In this document: positions 59,170 to 64,000 of the stretch, in pieces
Layout: each line of letters starts with the position of its first letter
Numbering within the stretch: the first letter of the stretch is position 1
Assembly (NCBI GenBank): GCA_041675085.1
Contig: JBAYUN010000002.1
Coordinates: 79,967-143,966, forward strand
Source of the DNA: Minisyncoccota bacterium
GTDB taxonomy: Bacteria > Patescibacteriota > Minisyncoccia > Phycocordibacterales > UBA9973
Direction: 5' to 3'
Length of the DNA: 64,000 nucleotides
Made by a program: the position numbers and the translations under genes
The notes under the pieces: model-generated
Seen by the model: only the letters and a program-made list of their open reading frames with translations
Told to the model about the DNA's origin: nothing
The model's database searches: none

Positions 59170-59339
59170 TATTTAATATTTTTATATGTTATGAAAAGCT
59201 TTGGAAATGAAGTATTTTCCCAGCCAAAGCTTTTCATAACAAACTTTTGTCAAATAACCCCTTACTCTCATAGTATAGCATACTTTGATACAAAAGTCAA
59301 GGTTAGAAAACTTGAAAATACTGTATAATTAAAGGATAA

Positions 59340-61037
59340 ATGCTAGATTTTGATGAAGAAAAACAAAATAAACAACTCATAGACCTCAAAAGAAAAGAGG
59401 AAGAAGATTTAGTATCAATGCTCGCTGAGACTAAATACGGCTTACCTTATGTCGATCTGTATCGTGTCGGGATAGACAACGAAGCTTTACGTTCTATCTC
59501 AGAGACAGACGCTCGAAAACTAAACATAGCCCCATTTAAATTGGTAGGTAAAAATATATACATTGCACTTCGCTCCCCTAGCGATGAATTAAAAAGTTCT
59601 CTGATCGAAGACATGGAAAGAAAAGCATTAACTCCAACTTTTTATATGACCTCTATGGCTAGTATTGAAAAAGTCTGGGAGAGATATAAAGAAATCTCCA
59701 TGGCTGAAGATTCAAAAATAGGAGGACTAGATATTTCTTCTGAGATTCTAAGAGAAACAGCTAAAGAAATAACTAAAATGCAAGACATTAAAGTAGTTAT
59801 TACTAAAGAGATGGAAAGTGGAAAGAGTCATAAGATTACTAGATTACTAGAAATAATACTTGCTGGAGCTATAGCTATTAATGCTTCTGATATTCACATA
59901 GAACCTGAAGAAAATGGAAGTAGATTAAGACTAAGACTAGACGGAGTATTGCAAGACATAGATTATTTTAGTAAAGATATTTATCGATTGTTGAATTCTA
60001 GAATCAAACTTTTATCTGGAATGAAACTAACATCTCACAATGCTCAAGACGGTAGATTTTCTATCACTGAAGATGATGATGAAATAAGTATTCGTACCTC
60101 TTTAATACCTGGTTCATACGGAGAAGCTATCGTTATGAGAATACTTGACCCTAAATCTATTCAAATAGACATAGAAGATATGGGAATGGAATCTGATCTT
60201 TACAATATCATCTTAGAAGAAATAGCAAAGCCAAACGGATTGATTTTAGTCACAGGACCTACAGGTTCAGGAAAAACCACGACCCTTTATGGTTTCTTAA
60301 GAAAAATATATTCTAGCGAAATTAATATCATCACAATCGAAGATCCAGTAGAATACAGATTGAAAGGAATAACCCAAACTCAAATAAGTGAAGAAAAACA
60401 ATACGGATTCTTGGAAGGGTTACGCGCAGCACTCCGCCAAGACCCAGACGTAATCATGGTAGGAGAAATACGTGACGCTGAAACAGCTAAAACTGCAGTT
60501 CAATCTGCTTTAACTGGTCACTTGGTTTTCTCCACATTGCACACCAATAATGCAGCTGGCGTTATCCCCCGTTTATCAGACCTCGAAGTAAATCCAAAAA
60601 TTATGGTTTCGGCTTTATCTCTCTCTATCGCTCAACGTTTAGTTAGAAAACTTTGTGTTTTTTGTAAAAAAGAAGTAGCTCCAACAGAAAAAGAAAGAAC
60701 TACAATAAAAGCTATCATAGACGGTATGCTAGAAGAAGGTAAAGATTTAGCCAAGCACAATATAGATAAAGATAAAGAAATCAAACTCTATGTACCGACA
60801 GGTTGTACTGAATGCAATATGACTGGATATAAAGGCCGACTTGGAATATTTGAAGCTATTAAGACTGACGAAAATATTGAGAAAATAATGCCTCAAAACC
60901 CATCAGAAAGAGAGATAAAGAAGATAGCCCGAATGCAAGGAATATTATCAATGAGACAAGACGGGGTCGCCAAAATACTAAATGGAGTCACTTCTTTTGA
61001 AGAAGTCTTAAGTGTGGTAGATTTAAATGAAGAATAA
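59340..61037 (+). CDS. Second GspE/PilB family ATPase
   Basis: ASDIHIEP, QDGR, GPTGSGKTTT, LRQDPD, two CxxC. Confidence 0.93.
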   Translation: MLDFDEEKQNKQLIDLKRKEEEDLVSMLAETKYGLPYVDLYRVGIDNEALRSISETDARKLNIAPFKLVGKNIYIALRSPSDELKSSLIEDMERKALTPTFYMTSMASIEKVWERYKEISMAEDSKIGGLDISSEILRETAKEITKMQDIKVVITKEMESGKSHKITRLLEIILAGAIAINASDIHIEPEENGSRLRLRLDGVLQDIDYFSKDIYRLLNSRIKLLSGMKLTSHNAQDGRFSITEDDDEISIRTSLIPGSYGEAIVMRILDPKSIQIDIEDMGMESDLYNIILEEIAKPNGLILVTGPTGSGKTTTLYGFLRKIYSSEINIITIEDPVEYRLKGITQTQISEEKQYGFLEGLRAALRQDPDVIMVGEIRDAETAKTAVQSALTGHLVFSTLHTNNAAGVIPRLSDLEVNPKIMVSALSLSIAQRLVRKLCVFCKKEVAPTEKERTTIKAIIDGMLEEGKDLAKHNIDKDKEIKLYVPTGCTECNMTGYKGRLGIFEAIKTDENIEKIMPQNPSEREIKKIARMQGILSMRQDGVAKILNGVTSFEEVLSVVDLNEE

Positions 61038-61046
61038 AATAACAAT

Positions 61047-61733
61047 ATGAAAACCAAAACAAACAAAATAAAAACACAGAAAGAAATAGAGAATTTTTTC
61101 AGAGTAGCCCTATTTGGTAGCTCTAAGATTAAAAAAAACGATCCTATATATAAAGAAATAAAAGAACTAGGTAAAGCTCTAGCTAGAGAACAGATAGATA
61201 TAGTAACTGGCGGTGGAGCGGGGCTTATGCAAGCTGCAAGTGAAGGTCACGTTAAAGGACGGACTGGAAAAGAAAAGAATTTTCCTTCGATGAATATTCG
61301 TTCTATTGGTGTTGGAGTCAAGCTACCTTGGAATCAAGGATTTAACAACGCAATAGAATACAAAAAAGAATTTGGAACTTTCTCAGAAAGACTAGATGAA
61401 TTTATGCTTTTATCAAATGCAGTCATCGTCGCTCCAGGAGGTATCGGTACCCTACTCGAACTTTTCTATACTTGGCAACTTGTACAAGTTCATCATATTT
61501 GTAATATTCCGATAATTCTTTATGGAGAACAATGGGGAGGTTTATTGGAATGGATAAAAGAGAGTCCACTTCAAACAAAGTATCTAACAGATAGAGATTA
61601 TCAACTTGTGTTCCATGTTAAAAATCAAGAAGAAGTAATCGAGATGATTAGAGATTTGCACAAGCACTGGAGTACGGGCGGAAAAAATTTCTGTCTCAAC
61701 TACAATAAATACAAAGTATACTTAAAAAAATAA
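61047..61733 (+). CDS. LOG family protein
   Basis: TGGG.GLM.A, PGGIGTL.E. Confidence 0.9.
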   Translation: MKTKTNKIKTQKEIENFFRVALFGSSKIKKNDPIYKEIKELGKALAREQIDIVTGGGAGLMQAASEGHVKGRTGKEKNFPSMNIRSIGVGVKLPWNQGFNNAIEYKKEFGTFSERLDEFMLLSNAVIVAPGGIGTLLELFYTWQLVQVHHICNIPIILYGEQWGGLLEWIKESPLQTKYLTDRDYQLVFHVKNQEEVIEMIRDLHKHWSTGGKNFCLNYNKYKVYLKK

Positions 61734-61821
61734 CTTGTATTTTATTTTTAAAACAAATCTTTTTAGAGCATTCCCCTTCTGACCTAACGCCAAAAGATTT
61801 GTTTTTAAAAAATTAAAAACA

Positions 61822-62090
61822 AAAAACTCCTTAAAATTAATTAAGGAGTTTTTTAATAAAAAAAGCAATAATCTCTAAACAATCCTTTATAAGCTTGACC
61901 CATAAAGTAACAAATCATTGAAGGATAGCCCCAGAGATATAAAATATACCAGGACGTCCTACGCAAACATGTAGAACCGAAGGCTGATTGCTTAGAGATT
62001 ACTGCTCTCTTACTTTTCATTATACTATCCACAAAATATTCGTAAATGAATTTATGTGGAAAGGTCTGTTAATAAACTCTTTATAACTTT
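61822..62090 (-). ncRNA. Candidate structured ncRNA (alternatively a 55-aa ORF at 61853-62020)
   Basis: TTGACA-16-TATACT promoter, 21-bp helix with G-U pairs on the minus strand, terminator 61822-61854. Confidence 0.45.
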
Positions 62091-62183
62091 CTAGAGTATA
62101 GCATATTATAAAAAAATGTCAAGCCTTTTCATATGAGAGATTATATGCAAGACCTATGAGCTATAATATGTTAAAATTGTAGC

Positions 62184-63182
62184 ATGTCAGAGAAAAACGA
62201 AAAAAACACAGATTCTTTTTTAGACCAGACTCTACGTCCCAACAACTGGGATGAGTATATCGGCCAAAAACATATAAAAGACAACGTTAAAATCCTATTA
62301 CGGGCTGCTGAAGAGCGCAATCAAATACCTGAACATATCCTTTTTTACGGACCTCCAGGACTCGGAAAAACAACTATTGCTCACCTTATCGCTCGTGAAA
62401 CAGGTAGACAAATGAAAATAACTTCAGGTCCCGCGATAGAGAAAGTCGGCGACTTGGCTTCTATTCTTACGAACCTGTCATCTGGGGATATCTTGTTCAT
62501 CGACGAGATTCACAGACTAAATAAAATGATCGAAGAAGTCCTCTATCCGGCTATGGAGTCGGGAGTTTTAGATATTATTATCGGTAAAGGCCCCTCGGCT
62601 CGCACTATCCAACTCGACTTACCACCCTTTACCCTCATCGCCGCTACAACTCGCGTCGCCCTTATATCTTCTCCCCTACGCTCTCGCTTCTCAGGAGGAG
62701 TCTTTCGTCTAGAATTTTATACCAATGAAGAAATTCAAAAGATAGTAGATCGTTCTAGTAAATTACTTGATACAAATTTAAATACAGAAGCCTTAGAAGA
62801 AATAGCAAAGAGAAGTAGATTCACTCCACGTATCGCAAACTACTTTTTAAAAAGAGTTCGTGACTACGCTCAAGTAAATAAAAGAGAAAAAGAAATAGAT
62901 AAACAAACAGCCAAAGATTCTCTCGCTATGCTTGCGATAGACGAACTAGGACTCAACTCTTCTGATAGAAAATTCTTGGAAATACTAATAGAAAAATTCA
63001 ACGGCGGTCCAGTCGGCATAAAAACTATAGCGGCGGCTATGAGCGAAGAAGAAGCTACTGTCGAAGAAGTCATAGAACCGTATTTAATCCAGCTCGGTCT
63101 CCTAGAACGCACAGCCAGAGGACGTACAGCTACCAATAAAGCATATGAGCATTTAGGTTTTGATATACCTGAAGTTAAATAA
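62184..63182 (+). CDS. ruvB: Holliday junction helicase RuvB
   Basis: LRP, GPPGLGKTT, FIDEIH, PLRSRF, EPYL, RGR. Confidence 0.97.
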   Translation: MSEKNEKNTDSFLDQTLRPNNWDEYIGQKHIKDNVKILLRAAEERNQIPEHILFYGPPGLGKTTIAHLIARETGRQMKITSGPAIEKVGDLASILTNLSSGDILFIDEIHRLNKMIEEVLYPAMESGVLDIIIGKGPSARTIQLDLPPFTLIAATTRVALISSPLRSRFSGGVFRLEFYTNEEIQKIVDRSSKLLDTNLNTEALEEIAKRSRFTPRIANYFLKRVRDYAQVNKREKEIDKQTAKDSLAMLAIDELGLNSSDRKFLEILIEKFNGGPVGIKTIAAAMSEEEATVEEVIEPYLIQLGLLERTARGRTATNKAYEHLGFDIPEVK

Positions 63183-63183
63183 A

Positions 63184-63319
63184 GCTACAAAGTTGATAGA
63201 AGAAAAATAATACAAGAGAATTGCCAGAGGAGAGAGATTCTAGAGGAGAAAATTTCCATAAGAAATTTTCTCCTCTAAGCAAGACCCAAATTATATTTTT
63301 CTTCGATCAACTATATAGC
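63184..63319. repeat. 136-nt nested inverted repeat after ruvB
   Basis: Outer AGTTGATaGAAGAAAAAT/ATTTTTCTTCgATCAACT, inner perfect 16-bp stem 63241-63277. Confidence 0.8.
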
Positions 63320-63443
63320 CTAAATATATGTTTCCCTATCAACTCACCATTTTAGAAATGATGAATTGAATAAGAAAAGAAAGGTTTGATATCATCACCC
63401 CTTTCTTTTTATTTTTAATTTTAAAGAAAACCAATCTTTAAAA

Positions 63444-63674
63444 TTATCCGTGAACCGTTATGTTTCCCTTGTACACAGACACAAGGAAAATTGGTTTCCC
63501 TATTCCTTGCTCTATTTTTTTAAAAATAAAACAAGATTCAAACTGATAGAAACCATACCAGTTTTTGTAAGTTGGCAGTTCACCGATACATCCACTAACC
63601 CGAACCACCGTAGGGTCAATCTTAAACTCCTTGGCAACAATATCGCGAAGGACTTTTGCTGAGAAATTACTCAT
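63444..63674 (-). CDS. Hypothetical protein
   Basis: ATG overlaps the upstream TGA (TGATG); MSNFSAKVLRD... Confidence 0.45.
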   Translation of the reverse strand: MSNFSAKVLRDIVAKEFKIDPTVVRVSGCIGELPTYKNWYGFYQFESCFIFKKIEQGIGKPIFLVSVYKGNITVHG

Positions 63675-64000
63675 CAATAACGACTCATTATTGCCTGAGC
63701 AAATTCTTGAGTCGGGTAAAAAACCAAATTCATAATCTCTTCTGGGACTGTGTCCCATTTGTTATACTGGCTCTCGTATTCTTTAATTAAAGAATACAAA
63801 AATGGTGCTCTTCTTTCTAGGAACGATTTTGTTCCTGAAAGGCAGTACCCCATACTGTCCACCGTCTTGAACGAAATACCGTCCTTGACGATAATTTCTT
63901 CTGTAGACAAGTCTCTATATTGCCACTTTTCATAAGCTTCTTTAATGGAAGCTCCTTCAAAGTGGTAACGGAAATCATTTCCTTCTTCCCAAAGAAAGAA
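63674..64000 (-). CDS. Hypothetical protein, 5' end beyond the window
   Basis: Frame open from 64000 (FFLWEEGNDFRYHFEG...) to TGA at 63674. Confidence 0.55.
   Translation of the reverse strand, partial: FFLWEEGNDFRYHFEGASIKEAYEKWQYRDLSTEEIIVKDGISFKTVDSMGYCLSGTKSFLERRAPFLYSLIKEYESQYNKWDTVPEEIMNLVFYPTQEFAQAIMSRY

Noticed and set aside
416-63935. Many short ORFs antisense to or nested in recognised genes (for example 725-1009, 6664-7017, 9669-10034, 39268-39606, 42433-42810)
   Set aside because: Shadow frames of well-supported genes with no motifs or independent signals.
63444-64000. Frameshifted single gene or TGA readthrough
   Set aside because: The TGATG overlap fits ordinary translational coupling; conserved genes show no in-frame TGA; the window truncates the upstream ORF.

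Overview
AT-rich bacterial chromosome segment, standard genetic code. Gene content and style point to Patescibacteria/CPR, probably Parcubacteria; this is an inference from the type IV pilus clusters, a polA lacking the 3'-5' exonuclease, tRNA-Arg(GCG) and pervasive leaderless genes. Core genes: recJ (partial), pgk, tpiA, pil clusters, rplS, rpsT, nrdBA, ruvA, ruvB, mutM, uvrABC, holA, polA, tsaE. Also six tRNAs, a CsoR copper cluster and a Fur/Zur-type locus. The unusual material is small-scale mobile or structured DNA: (1) a tandem array of single-gene cassettes at the nrdA 3' end, each bounded by a copy of the nrdA C-terminal CxxC tail, with no integrase in the window; (2) a 314-bp element with terminal inverted repeats and a target-site duplication that encodes only a GIY-YIG nuclease and sits exactly on a leaderless start codon; (3) seven in-frame palindromic insertions in uvrB, uvrC and tsaE; (4) tRNA 5' copies repeated about 70 nt upstream of tRNA-Ser and tRNA-Lys, other tRNA relics, and a LAGLIDADG gene abutting tRNA-Leu; (5) start codons directly after tRNA 3' ends; (6) candidate structured ncRNAs with their own promoter and terminator. 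All calls come from reading the sequence; no database searches were run.
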